64,000 bases of DNA, taken from positions 248,001 to 312,000 of the forward strand of contig NIVC01000269.1 in the NCBI GenBank assembly GCA_002269645.1, written 5' to 3'. The notes beneath the pieces were generated by a model. That model was given only the letters and a program-made list of their open reading frames with translations. It had not been told where the DNA came from and ran no database searches. The position numbers and the translations under genes were made by a program. Position 1 is the first letter of the stretch. Every line of letters starts with the position of its first letter. Of the stretch, positions 25,100-37,750 are shown piece by piece. The DNA comes from Macrostomum lignano. Taxonomy: Eukaryota.

Positions 25100-25790
25100 G
25101 GTGATTCTCAGCCTGGTTTATCGGTGATTCTCAGCCTGGTTTATCGGTGATTCTCAGCCTGGTTTATCGGTGATTCTCAGCCTGGTTTATCGGTGATTCT
25201 CAGCCTGGTTTATCGGTGATTCTCAGCCTGGTTTATCGGTGATTCTCAGCCTGGTTAATCGGTGATTCTCAGCCTGGTTTATCGGTGATTCTCAGTCTGG
25301 TTTTCCCTGATTCTCAGCCTGGTTTATCCCTCATTCTCAGTCTAATTTATCGGCGATTCTCAGTCTGGTTTATCGGTGATTCTCAGTCTGGTTTATCGGT
25401 GATTCTCAGTCTGGTTTTCCCTGATTCTCAGCCTGGTTTATCCCTCATTCTCAGTCTGGTTTATCGGCGATTCTCAGTCTGGTTTATTAGCGATTCTCAG
25501 TCTGGTTTATCGGTGATTCTCAGTCTGGTTTATCGGTGATTCTCAGTCTGGTTTATCGGTGATTCTCAGTCTGGTTTATTAGCGATTCTCAGTCTGGTTT
25601 ATCGGTGATTCTTAGTCTGGTTTATTAGCGATTCTCAGTCTGGTTTATCGGCGATTCTCAGTCTGGTTTATTAGCGATTCTCAGTCTGGTTTATCGGTGA
25701 TTCTCAGTCTGGTTTATCGGTGATTCTAAGTCTGGTTTATCAGCGATTCTCAGTCTGGTTTATCGGTGATTGTCAGTCTGGTTTATCGAC
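25100..25790. repeat. 23 bp minisatellite (TCGGTGATTCTCAG(C/T)CTGGTTTA)
   Basis: Direct reading. Confidence 0.94.
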
Positions 25791-26901
25791 GATTGTTAAT
25801 GCTGTTATTTAGGAAGATTTATTCGAATTCGATGTAGCAGCGAACACAGCAATCTATATATTTTTCAGAGTAAAAAAGTGTTTGCAAAACACTTTAGGGT
25901 AAAGTCATAGAGTGTAAATGCAAACACTCAATTTTATTTTAGTCTTTGTTCAAGAGCGGCCTTGATAACACACAAAGCACTTCAGTTTAAGTCCATTCCA
26001 CAATTCCTAGTCAGTCAGTGAGTCACTCCGCCAGTCATGTGATGCGATGAATTTGCGTTCTTTAATTGTCCAATTCTTTAACGCTTTCACAAAAAAACAG
26101 ATGCTAGGCTTGATTACGAAGATTGGACAAGTAAAGCGCTGAAAACCAAAAAACTCAAGTGCAAAGAGGGCAAACAAAACTTGTTTCGTTTTGCTGTTGA
26201 ATGCATTTAGAAGATCACGTGCTTTCTTAAATTCTTATGCTAGGGCTTGCACAGCTGGTGGTGGTTGTCTGTCTGGCCTGGATAGATGGATGGCGGATGA
26301 TGCCCGTGCTTGTGCCTGTGCAGGCAGGCTAAGCCATAAAAGGCAGACGAATAGAAAGCAAGAGATTTGGCCTAGAACTGGAACTTTATCAGTTCAACTA
26401 CTAAAAGTTGCGGCCTGGCGGCCTGGCGGGCGGGCGCAGGCAAAGCCTCTCCTGCTACTGACTAATGCCCCCCCCCCCCGATCTTGTCCTTATTGGGCCA
26501 AGCGGGTGAAGGGACAGGGAGGAGAGGGAAACGGGGTTTATAGGATTATCAGTAAGATCTACGAGATGTGGAGGCCCAGGCCCAGGAGGGGGTGGGTTGT
26601 AAAAACTGAGGTCCTCTGAATTCTTACAGATAAGATTTTTTCTTATATTTAAACTGAATGTACATTCGCCCCTCCCCATAAGTCGAGTGTACAGCCCAAC
26701 AACTCCCCAACACCCCCATAGGCCCCGGAAAACGACGTCATTTTTTCTGATCTAAATGAACCCAAGCCCTCCTCCCCTTCCGGCACCCATCCAGTTCTGC
26801 CCTCAGCCCTCACAGCCCCCCTCCCAAATTCACATCAGCGAAGCCAAGCCCCCGTTCTTTTTTGTATCTCCTCTCCTCTCCCCTTACCCCAGGCCCCAGC
26901 C

Positions 26902-26909
26902 TATATAAA
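26902..26909 (+). promoter_or_regulatory. Candidate TATA box (TATATAAA) of the secreted cationic protein gene
   Basis: Consensus match about 120 bp upstream of the ATG at 27028. Confidence 0.65.
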
Positions 26910-27027
26910 CGTAGCAATTTTCCGCGCCTGTAAGAAATTTCCTCACCAAGAATTCTGCTTGCTTGGTTTCTTGGTTGATCCTCTTCATTATCCTAGGACC
27001 TCCTACTAGATCGTACTAATCCTAACT

Positions 27028-27641
27028 ATGGGCCTGCCAACGGTAGCTCTGGCTCTATGCCTGTTCGCGGCGGCTTTCTATTATCCAGCAGAGGCTATGC
27101 CGCAGCCCCCGTCTGCCGATGACAAAGGTCTGGTGACCGCCGGAGAATCCGGGACCGGAGTGTAAGTTGATCGAACATTAGTTATGTATGCATTTTGAGT
27201 ATTATTAGCATTACAAGTTTATTTTTTATTTGTACGTATAGTCTACTTTTTTAAGTAGTAAAATCAATATTTTTCGCGCGATTTTATAGTCAACGCCAAC
27301 AGCCGGGAGCTGCCAGCGCTGGCGCCGTGGACGCCCAGACTCAGACAGACGGCGCTGTTCAGCAGAGCGACCGTCGGCGAGGTCGCGGCCGCAAAGGCCG
27401 TCGCAATCGCAAGGGCAAGCGTCGCGAAGGCAAGCGCAACCGGTGCCGCACGCCCGAGTGCAAACGAGAGCGCCGATTGCGCCGCAAGCAGCGCCGGCAG
27501 CAGCGCCGGGAGCAGCGCCGGCAGCGCAAAAACGGACGCCGCGGCGGCAGGGGCGGCAGAGGCCGGCGACGTCGCAAGGATCGCAAGCAGCGGCCGCAGG
27601 AGCCGCAGCTGCCACAGGCTCCCGCTCCGGCGCCTCAATAA
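27028..27641 (+). CDS. Small secreted Arg/Lys-rich protein, 161 aa, 2 exons
   Basis: Exon 1 is 27028-27161 (MGLPTVALALCLFAAAFYYPAEA, signal-peptide-like; donor GTAAGT, phase 2). Exon 2 is 27290-27641 (acceptor ATTTTATAG) and is in frame with the ORF at 27327-27641. AATAAA overlaps the stop codon. Confidence 0.85.
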
Positions 27642-28642
27642 ATGTTAATTATCAATAATCATCAGCCTGGACTCAGCACCTGCATTAGTTATTCTATTTT
27701 GTACTTTTATTACAGCTAATTAAACAAACTGGCCAGCAATTTGTATAGTTTATTTTAGCCGAATTGCAAATTTCTTAAAATTTGAATTCGTGTCTAAATT
27801 CGTCAATTGACGAGTTAAAACAAAAAGAAAGTTTATTTCTGGCTTTTCGAAAAAGTACAATAGTAATTTTTCACTTCATAATCGTTTAACCTACTATATA
27901 AGTAGCACAGTCAGCGCGCATTCTTAAAAAAAGCTTTTGTCCGAATGCGTTGCATTCTTGCTTTCTGACTGGTTTGATTAATGATTCTAATTATAGTAAG
28001 ACATTCTTTCATAACAGCCCCAGCCCCTCTAATATAAAATTTATTGCATAGTATAAAAAATAAAATAGCGATTGCTTTACCGCAAACTTAACCTGTTTTC
28101 TATTTTAAATATACGGACTCAAAATTTAAATTAATAAATAAGTTGTTTGTTTCAAAATAATGCGATTCTTAAGCAATTATTTTGCTTCGGGAGCCACTTT
28201 GCCCGCTTCACTAAAGCACACAAATGAATTATATCATGGTTTTATTGATTTATTGATTAAATATTTGTCTTTTCCAATTCATTTTTCTTTACACCAACAG
28301 ACCATTGAACTTTTTTTTCAATTGCGGTTTGTTAAAAGCATAAAATAACAAACTAACAAAATAAATTAACACGCACGAAGCAAACCGAGAAGACTTGAAT
28401 GCTCCATTGATTAAACAAACACAATGAACACGAGCAAAAGTAGTACATAGTTAAGTATTAGTAGTATAATTACGAGCCGTTTTCTTGTTAGCGGAAAATT
28501 AAAACTTGAAAAAAAACTTGATTTGTTATACAATACAAATCGGAACGCAAAGGTCGCTTGGAGAGCTGAAATATCGCGCATGAGAGACTGGTTGGAAAGA
28601 ATCTCAATATTTGACGATTCGCTCGAATCAAGTTCTCTGTAT

Positions 28643-28811
28643 CCGGGTTGGCCAGACTTTAATAATTAAGTAGTATTTTAGGATTTTTGTACCTATTTAA
28701 ACAATGCACAGAAATTCAACTGTAAACTACTTATTAAATGAGTAGTATGTAGAGGATATTAAAAGTAGCCATTTAGTCTCAAATTCCACCAAAATAATCT
28801 GGCAAACCCGG
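28643..28811. mobile_element. Possible small MITE with ~15 bp imperfect TIR (CCGGGTTGGCCAGA / TCTGGCAAACCCGG)
   Basis: Inverted repeat around an AT-rich core. No TSD established. Confidence 0.4.
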
Positions 28812-29262
28812 GTTAAACACAGCTAAGAGAACAATCAAAAGTGCGCCAATGCAGTTCGATCTTTATTACTTTATTTTATAGTAGTGACAGTGGTATTCGC
28901 ACTTGCTTGCAAAAGTTCTTGTTTCGGAACAGAAAATGCTAGTGTAATTTTTTCTTTAAAGTTTGCAACGTACTTCGCTTGTTTTTGCTTGAGGAAAAAT
29001 AGTCAAAGAGATGGAACAAAAATATTATAACATAAATTATACGAAGGGGAAATGAAGAGTATCTGTTTCACCCAATAAATACTGAATATTTGAACTTCTA
29101 CACTGCAAAGGTGTCAAGCGATCATGATGGTGGCAGACGGATGAATGAACGAACAAAAAACACACGCCTAAAAAGTACCACTTGACTTGGGCAGACACAC
29201 TGTTGAATAGGATTTCTGAGCTTTGCCTTAAATCACTGAACTAGCCCCAATGCATCAAGGAG

Positions 29263-32200
29263 TCATCTTGCCAGACGCCTTCTGGCTTGGATTCGACTAC
29301 GGTTCGGCCGATTGGGCGCCGGTACCGGCTGGGCGCTGAACGGGTTGCCGGCGCTGCAATTTTTGCGAGATTAGTATGAATGAGAACAGTCACAATGCTG
29401 CTTACAGATCAGTCATAACTCTACTCCCTAGTCATTGGACATCAAGATGCTCATACAACAGTCATAGAGCTACCCACAAAACAGTCATAGAGCTACCCAC
29501 AAAACAGTCATAAAGCTACTCACAGAACAGTCATAAAGCTACTCATACAACAGTCATAAAGCTACCCACAAAACAGTCGTAAAGCTACTCATACAACAGT
29601 CATAAAGCTACCCACAAAACAGTCATAAAGCTACTCATACAACAGTCATAAAGCTACCCACAAAACAGTCGTAAAGCTACTCACAGAACAGTCATAAAGC
29701 TACTCATACAACAGTCATAATACTGCTCACAAAACAGTCATAAAGCTACCCACAAAGCAGTCATAAAGCTATCCACAAAACAGTCATCAAGCTACTCATA
29801 CAACAGTCATAAAGCTACCCACAAAACAGTCATAAAGATACTCATACAACAGTCATAAAGCTACCCAAAAACAGTCATCAAGCTACTCATACAACAGTCA
29901 TAAAGCTACTCATACAACAGTCATAAAGCTACTCACAGAAGTCATGAATCTACTCACAGAACAGTCAAATCTACCCACAAAACAGTCATCAAGCTACTCA
30001 TACAACAGCCATAAACTACTCACAACAGTCATAAAGCTAATCACAGAACAGCCATCGGTCATAAAAGCTACTCCAACTAAGCGACATGAGCACTCACGCA
30101 TCCGGTGGCAAATTTGCTGGCTGCCCAGCATGCAACAACTGCTGTGACGGTTGCTGCTGCTGCTGCGTTGCTGCAGGTCTGGCGGCGCCAAACACAAAAG
30201 TTGAAGCCGCGCCGCTTGGCTGATTGGAACCGAAAACAAAAGTTGATGGCGCCGCACTCGGTTTGGGCTCGGCATCCAAATCGACAACAGGCTGGGGAGT
30301 CTGAGCTGGCGCCAGTTTAGAGCCGAAAAGCTCAGGCGGTGGTGCGGCGGCGCCTGGCGCACTATTGGCGCCATTGGCGCCCCCAAACAGACTGGCGCCA
30401 TTTGACCCGCTTCCGGCGCCAAAGTTAAAAGCTGGCGCCGTCAGCTGCGGTGGCGCCGAAGATTCGGACAATTTTGATAGCTTATTGCTGGGCTGATCTG
30501 GCGCCGGCGCCGCTGGCGCGGAGGCGCCAAAAGCGAACGCAGCTGCAGTGGTAGCAGCGGCGGTGGCGGCTGGTCCCGCGCTAAAATTGAAGTTCATCGA
30601 AGGCTTAACCGATGTCGTAGCTGTTGAACTGTCCAGATTTAATTTTCGCTTTGAATCTCTTGACGAAGCCGGGGCAGCGGCGGTAGCGGTGAATGAAAAC
30701 AACCCGGCTGGAGCCGCAGATGCGGCGGCACCAAAAGTCGGCGCTGGCGCAGCTGTCGATGATGAAGCTACAAAACTGAGCTTTGGCCCAGCATCGCTGG
30801 ATGCTGAATTGCCAAACAATCCGAAGCCAGGCTTTGGTGCGGCATCGCTTGCGGCAGCTGACGATGAAGCAGGAGCAGTGCTTGAAGAGACAAACGACGG
30901 AGCCCTAAATCCAGTCATACCGCTTTGACCTGCTGATGGCGTACCCGACGAAATGCCAAAACCAATCTTTGGACCAGCTTCACTTGCAGCTGATGAAACT
31001 CCAAAACTGATCTTTGGTCCAGCATCACTTTGAGCTGTTGATGCAACTGATGAAGCTCCAAAGGTGATCTTCGGTCCAGCATCACTTTGAACTGTTGATG
31101 CAACTGATGAAGCTCCAAAACTTATCTTCGGTCCAGCATCACTTTGAGCTGTTGATGCAACTGATGAAGCTCCAAAACTGATCTTTGGTCCAGAATCACT
31201 CTGAGCTGTTGATGCAACTGATGAAGCTCCAAAGGTGATCTTCGGTCCAGCATCACTTTGAACTGTTGATGCAACTGATGAAGCTCCAAAGGTGATCTTC
31301 GGTCCAGCATCACTTTGAGCTGTTGATGCAACCGATGAAGCTCCAAAACTGATCTTCGGTCCAGCATCACTCTGAGCTGCTGATGCAACTGATGAAGCTC
31401 CAAAACAGATCTTCGGTCCAGCATCACTCTGAGCTGCTGATGCAACTGATGAAGCTCCAAAACTGATTTTTGGTCCAGCATCACTCTGAGCTGATAGAGC
31501 ACCTGATGAAGCTCCGAAGCTGATCTTCGGCACAGCATCACTTGCAGTTTTAGACGATGGGGCACCAAAGCTGATCTTCGGTCCAGCATCACCTGCAGTT
31601 CCAGACGATGGGGCACCAAAGCTGATCTTCGGCCCAGCATCACTTGCAGTTCCAGACGATGGGGCACCAAAGCTGATCTTCGGTCCAGCATCACTTGCAG
31701 TTCCAGACGATGGGGCACCAAAGCTGATCTTCGGCCCAGCATCACTTGCAGTTCCAGACGATGGGGCACCAAAGCTGATCTTCGGTCCAGCATCACTTGC
31801 AGTTCCAGACGATGGGGCACCAAAGCTGATCTTCGGCCCAGCATCACTTGCAGTTCCAGACGATGGGGCACCAAAGCTGATCTTCGGCCCAGCATCACTT
31901 GCAGTTCCAGACGATGGGGCACCAAAGCTGATCTTCGGCACAGCATCACTTGCAGTTCCAGACGATGGGGCACCAAAGCTGATCTTCGGCACAGCATCAC
32001 TTGCAGTTCCAGACGATGGGGCACCAAAGCTGATCTTCGGTCCAGCATCACTTGCAGTTCCAGACGATGGGGCACCAAAGCTGATCTTCGGCACAGCATC
32101 ACTGCCACTTGTCGCAGCACTGGATGGTTTTGACACTGCACCTGGCCTAGGCGACTCGCAAGCAACGCAACGACTAACAGAGACAACATTTTCAACAAGA

Positions 32201-34682
32201 CAGGTGTCGCATTGCCACTTTGACGAGGCACTGGACTGTTGCTGATGCTGCTGCTGCTGCGAGAACATTGAAAATATCGGAACAGTAGCTGGTCCACGAT
32301 CAATAAAACTTGGCCGCTTTGTCATACCGCCACTAGACTGAGCTGACGCCGGAGCTGTAACAGCACTAGACAATGGTCGTTTCTCTTGGCACACAACGCA
32401 CACCTGAGAACTAGCTGGACTGGTGCACATACAGGTATTGCAACGCCATTCACCTGTGCCTGTCTCCGCTGATGCAGTTGACGATGCCTTAGCAGCAGTC
32501 GAAGTCATAGTAGCTGTACCAGTGCTTGAAGAAGACGGCCGTTTCTCTTGGCAGACAACGCACACCTGGGAACTAGCTGGACTAGTGCACATACAGGTAT
32601 CGCATCGCCATTCTCCAGCAGCGTTCGCTGCCGCGGTGGCAGGAGCACTAACCGATGCTGCTGAAACCGCAGCAGACCCTGACAATGAAGGTCGCTTCTC
32701 CTGACAGACTACGCAAACCTGCGACGAAGCCGGACTGGTGCACATGCAGGTAGAACAGCGCCATTCTGTTGATGCAGCCGCCGAAGTTGAAGGCGCAACA
32801 GCACTGACGGCACTGGAAGCAGATAGCTGTTGCTTAGACTTCACAGCGCAACTAGTGCAAGTTTTAACTCCTGGCTGATTAGTAACCATGCAATTGAGGC
32901 ATTGCCAACCGGTGCTAGCGGAACTGCTACTAGTAGTAGCAGAAGTAGTAGTTGACGATTTTCCACGAAATATAGGCACAGAAAATTGAAATTGCATTGC
33001 TTCATCGTCTAATATCAGCGGCTGTTGCTGCTGCAGCTGGGACTGCTTCTGGCGACTATCTAACCCTGCAGTTCGATAATTATCCGAAGCGATGGAGGCC
33101 GGCGCCGGCTGCTGATGCTGACCACGTGACGGCGGCGTCCCGACGCCGCCACCAGCTTGAAATCGACGCCGATAAGCAACCCGATAAGGCGGAGCGAATA
33201 CCGCATTGGAACTACTACTATTAGTAGTAGCATTATTCTCATGATTGTTATTTAAACTTGAACCAGAGTAAGGAGTCGATGGAATACGACGAGCGTCTGT
33301 TAAAGGAGTTGATAGTCGATCCAGAGCGTCGAGAATCTTTTTGGCTGTAGGCGTCACCAAGTGTGGCTGCTGCTGCTGCTGCAAGTTGGAGAAGCTGTCC
33401 GATTGAGTCTCTAACTGTAACGGAGTGACTCTCACTGACCTACCAGGCTGAGCAGCAGCCGAATGAGCATTGAATCTACCGCCGTAACCTGTACGACCCG
33501 GATAGAATAAAGATGTTGAGGATGAAGACGGAGACGAGCCCAGCATAGCCATGGTTCTCGATCGCTTAGCCGAATTGCCCAGATTCAAGCTGAACTCATC
33601 ATCATGGTGCCGCCTCTTGCCGCGTTCCACATTGGAAGAAACTGTTGGTGATGACCACAGATGACTGTAATTGTTGTTGCTGCTAGGGCGATTTGCCGGC
33701 CCAGTCATGACGTCATCAGTGGCGGTTCCGCCTAGACCGCGGCGACGTCTTGCCTGCTGCTGAGAGGCCGACTGTTGCTGTTGAGGCGATGACTGACGGG
33801 GAGAAATACCGATTGCCGACTCTGCTGTGGAATCCGACTGTTGCTGAGGCTGCTGCTGCTGACTGGTGGCAGGCTAGACAGTGATGTGGGAAAAAACAAC
33901 AGAATTATGACGTACTGAAAAATCAAAATACAATTACTTTATTCTATACGCAGGCATACAGACGCTCACACAGGGTGTACATGTACAGCGATAACACTAA
34001 TAGACAGATGTGCAACCGACAGCTCAGCCGCAGCTATTGCGCAACGCATCTAAAGGCTGCGTACGGCTGTTCAGTCCAAGGACCGGGGGGTCGCCACACA
34101 CACACACACACACACTCAATTACCCCAGTTAATGCTGGCACCCATTCTACAGCTGGGTGAACTGAAGCAATGCAGAGTTAAGAGTGTCTTGCTCAAGGCC
34201 ACAGATTGTTCTGAGTGGGTCAGGAATCGAACCCTTGACCTTCCAGTCGTGAATCTGACGCTCTAACCACTAGGCTACAAGCCCCAAGGCTGACAACTTT
34301 AGTTTACGTGTAAAATACCTAAATAAATGGGAAACGGAATCGAGTCTTTAATAAATAAAGTTAGGGCCGCTGCACACTCCTGTGTGTGCCTGTCCAGGGG
34401 AGTCGTGTGTGACAATGTCGCTTATATTGCGTGCACATTGCTTGATTATTAGTTACTTCACGAGGTGACAAGCAGTAATGTCTTATAATTCTAATCACTA
34501 AGTAGCACACTTCAACTGTTTTCTTAATCTTCAATTATACATACCTGACCGTGATTACTATTAGTAACATGATTTCCATCGGTTTGTTCAGTAGCTGAGG
34601 CGCTGACTCCTTCGCCTCGACGGTTAGGCGTTAGAGCGTTGGATACAAACGATGGCACCAGAAAAGAGGTGAGGCGCTTCAT
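29263..34682 (-). CDS. NUP153: Nup153-like nucleoporin (RanBP2-type zinc fingers plus FG repeats)
   Basis: Predicted exons: 34688/34682-34545 (MKRLTSFLVPSFV.., donor GTATGT), 33873-30098 (donor GTGAGT, phase 2) and 29353-29263 (..RSRIQARRRLAR*, a basic C-terminus as in Nup153). Contains five W-x-C-x2-C..C-x2-C fingers, the TPTAKKILDALDRLSTPLTDARRIP motif and FVFG/FSFG repeats. An additional upstream exon is possible. Confidence 0.88.
29400..30060. repeat. 23 bp minisatellite (AACAGTCATAAAGCTAC(T/C)CA(T/C)A(C/A)) filling the last Nup153 intron
   Basis: Direct reading. Confidence 0.92.
33945..34285 (-). mobile_element. tRNA-derived SINE in a Nup153 intron
   Basis: The minus strand reads GTAGCCTAGTGGTTAGAGC (A box), GGGTTCGATTCC (B box), then GGCCTTGAGCAAGACACT (typical SINE central motif), a (GT)n run and a 3' tail. 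The anticodon stem is degenerate, so this is not a tRNA gene. Confidence 0.8.
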
Positions 34683-35759
34683 TATGTTCTAAAATGGATA
34701 TTACATTTAGAGTATGTACACGAGTTGTAGCTTAAATAAAAACATCTGATACCATTAGGTATATTGAGTTTTGAAATCATAAAAAGGACACTACTGACAA
34801 AGTAGTAGCATTAAATAATATACTTTAGTTTGTTAAATTTTCTAAGTACCAAAAATAGTGATGGACCAAATGTGGATTTTTGCAAGTTTCTGAAACTGAA
34901 TCCGAATATAGAAAAATTCTGCTGTTGAATTCGAATGTAAGCAAAAAGTAAAAGGTAAACAGTGGGAGTAACTTTGACACTTTGATCTAATTAGTGCCCC
35001 ACATTAATTGACAGACAAGATTCTATCTGTCCTGGGCTAGTATCGTGAATTGTAACAATCTAACTAATTTTAACTACTAATACTAACTGATGTTACATTT
35101 GTGCAATTTGCTAACTTTGATAACTTGAATTTGCATCTGTTTGATAGAAAGTACAATGTTAACATATTTTAATTAAAAAAAGCTGTTCACAATCTTCAAG
35201 AATCATTCACTAAACTTGAATTTATGCAAAATTTATGCAAAACATGGTGGGAAATATGGAAACAATGTCTATAAGACCAAAAGCTGCATAATCAAGACAG
35301 AAAGCAAGGAAATAGAAAAAAAATGCACCATTGCAGTGCTTGTCTAGCTAACAATTAGCATTATGCACCTTCAACATCAAGCAGGTAATCAATATATCAA
35401 TAGCTTTACCTGGGATTGCAAGGATTGTTCGTTGCAGATTTTGATCTGCAAAGACTCATTTTTGAGGCCTTAAAACTTAGCCTAGTGCAACTAGTCCAGC
35501 TCATCTACTGGTGGTCAATTGAGATAAAGCAATGAGAAGCTGCTCACTAGGTACAGAAAAGCCCAGAAACACTTGTTGATTAGCATAATTTCATTAGGGA
35601 CATCTATGCCCAAGTACTTGTTGACTATCTAATTGAACTAGGAGGCCTTGGTTAAGAGGTCAAAATAGATATCTTATTTTTGCACCAAAATTTTTATTAA
35701 GGTGCACATTGGCCTAGCCAATAAGTGCTAAGAATGCTAGAGCATGGCACTTAGATGGC

Positions 35760-36115
35760 AATGGCAATAGTGCCAGTTGAGGATAGAATTGCAGCAACTT
35801 TGCTGCCAATTATCCCATGGCATATTCTTCTGGGCATTTGCATCTTGACTATCATGACTGATGGCTGGCAAGTGTACAACCAGCTGCCTAACCATGATGT
35901 TATGAACCACTGACTGCATTTTATGAACTTACAAGATGCAAGTGTACAAATCTTATTGAAAGAAAATGGGCTCATACTAAAGCTTGCTTCAATACCATGC
36001 ATGGCATGAGTGCTGCACTCTTTGAGTTGCATCTTAAAGAATTCCTTTGGCACAAGATGTACCCACAAAATGTATTTGGCAATATCATGTATTGGATTGG
36101 GCACTATTACCCTTG
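35760..36115 (+). mobile_element. Degenerate Merlin (IS1595/ISXO2-like) transposase fragment
   Basis: VPVEDRIAATLLPII..IMTDGWQVYNQL..HDVMNH*LHF..EFLWHK..NVFGNIM matches the family pattern DR.AATLLPII / SD.W.AY / VNH..F / EFLW. Contains stops and frameshifts. Confidence 0.72.
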
Positions 36116-37278
36116 AAATGGACTTTTTGAATGTAAGCAACTAACTAAAAAGATCAACCTCTGTTTAATTAAGCACACAATTCTTGAAGATTGCAAAAGC
36201 TGTCAATATACCAAAGAAAAAAATGCTTTTTTTCTATCTGCAAAAATATAGTCTTATTAAAAGTTTTTGTCTTAAGCCAAATTGCACCAATTTTTTGTCT
36301 TCTATTCCCCTCCTTACCTGTTGTTACATTGGAATGTGCCACCACAATACATGTTTTAAATGCAATTTAAGGCAATTAAAAGTTAATTTTTAAATTTTGA
36401 CAATAAATTAGGTTTTCAAATAATATACTAGAGTTGTCTATTATTAGCAAAAATATACTTAAATCAATAATATATACAACTATTTTGTTTTATTAAGATT
36501 CAAGCATACCAAATATACATACCAATGAATGAACTATAAAGGGCTAATGCATATAAAAAATTCTAGTATATAGCCTATATATTATATTATAGGATACTTT
36601 CTTGACTATGGCCATGATTGAAATAAGTGGTAACTATGGCCATGTTTCATTTTTTACTTTATATTCCCTATAGCACCACACTCTTGATCATATAGTATAT
36701 GCCCAAAATTTTGGGTATGTATTGGCCTTGCATGCCAAAAATTAGACATGCATAGTTGGCATATAGGCCCCTATTTTATATAATCAAGTAGAAGGTTAAG
36801 TGTTAAATGAAAAAATTAAAGAGTTCAATCAAATTTAAGCATAAATTTCAAGCCTTTTAGTTTTTAAGCTCATAATAAAGCATTTAAACAAATGTTTCTG
36901 CATATTGATTTTCCACTATAAATAATATAGATAAGAAAGAAAAATAATAAGCCAAAAATTAGTTATCAAAAGTTATTAGCCAAATAGGGTCCTTTACATA
37001 ATGCAAAAGTCATTTACTATTAAAATGCAAAAAGGTCATTTATTGTTGAAGCACTGGCCTAGATTTGAAGAGTGTGGATATGCATTCCATTTTTTACATA
37101 CATTTGTAATATAATTGTAACTAATCTATTTTTGTTTGGATATGCACCTAGCATGATCCAGACTATGGCTGCAGATATTATTTGCCATATCTACTGTTTG
37201 TTGCATTGGTTATGTGCTTGTTAATCACATAATTTTTAGTGGCATCATTTACTAGAACACTAAATTGGTGTATTTACT

Positions 37279-37750
37279 CCATAGTGTAGATCATGTAGTG
37301 CATGCGAGAATTTTTCCGCGTGCATTTTCAAAAGTGGCGTGCACCGGCGTGCAATTAGGTAAGTGGCGTGCATAATGCACACTACATAAATACACTGGCG
37401 TGCCGCGTGCCTGCCACCTGATGCGGCAAAGCTGCCAATGCAATGGTAAGCAGACATAAAATACGTATTATTGTATTTAACTTTTGAAAAAACTATTGTA
37501 AACAAACAGTGTATAAGACTGTTAAATAAATTAATGTATGAGAAATACACGTTTTTAAAGATATATCATTTCTTTTGTACATCGTTTGTTGCTTTGTTTT
37601 ATACAATGCAATTTAAAATACGTTTTTTGTCTTCAATTTGAATTTTAATTTATTGGCATGCATTGGCATGCATTTGCTTGTTGTCGGCGTGCTTTTGGGA
37701 ATTAGCTTTGGGTCGTTTCTCGCGTGCACTTAGCATGATCCACACTATGG
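37279..37750. mobile_element. 472 bp MITE with CCATAGTG..CACTATGG TIRs and an 8-bp TSD (TATTTACT)
   Basis: TATTTACT occurs at 37271-37278 and 37751-37758. The TIR is about 30 bp and imperfect. GCGTGCA motifs repeat internally. Confidence 0.85.

Noticed and set aside
19003-25790. Regular 21-38 bp repeats resembling CRISPR arrays
   Set aside because: The units are contiguous with no unique spacers, there are no cas genes, and the context is eukaryotic.
29116-29220. Possible C/D snoRNA downstream of Nup153
   Set aside because: There is no consensus RUGAUGA box C; only a lone CTGA is present.
30548-32704. Plus-strand ORFs, including the 393-aa one
   Set aside because: These are antisense shadows of the repetitive Nup153 exon.
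34200-34285. tRNA gene
   Set aside because: The anticodon stem does not pair and the head continues into a SINE body. The same applies to 59995-60065.
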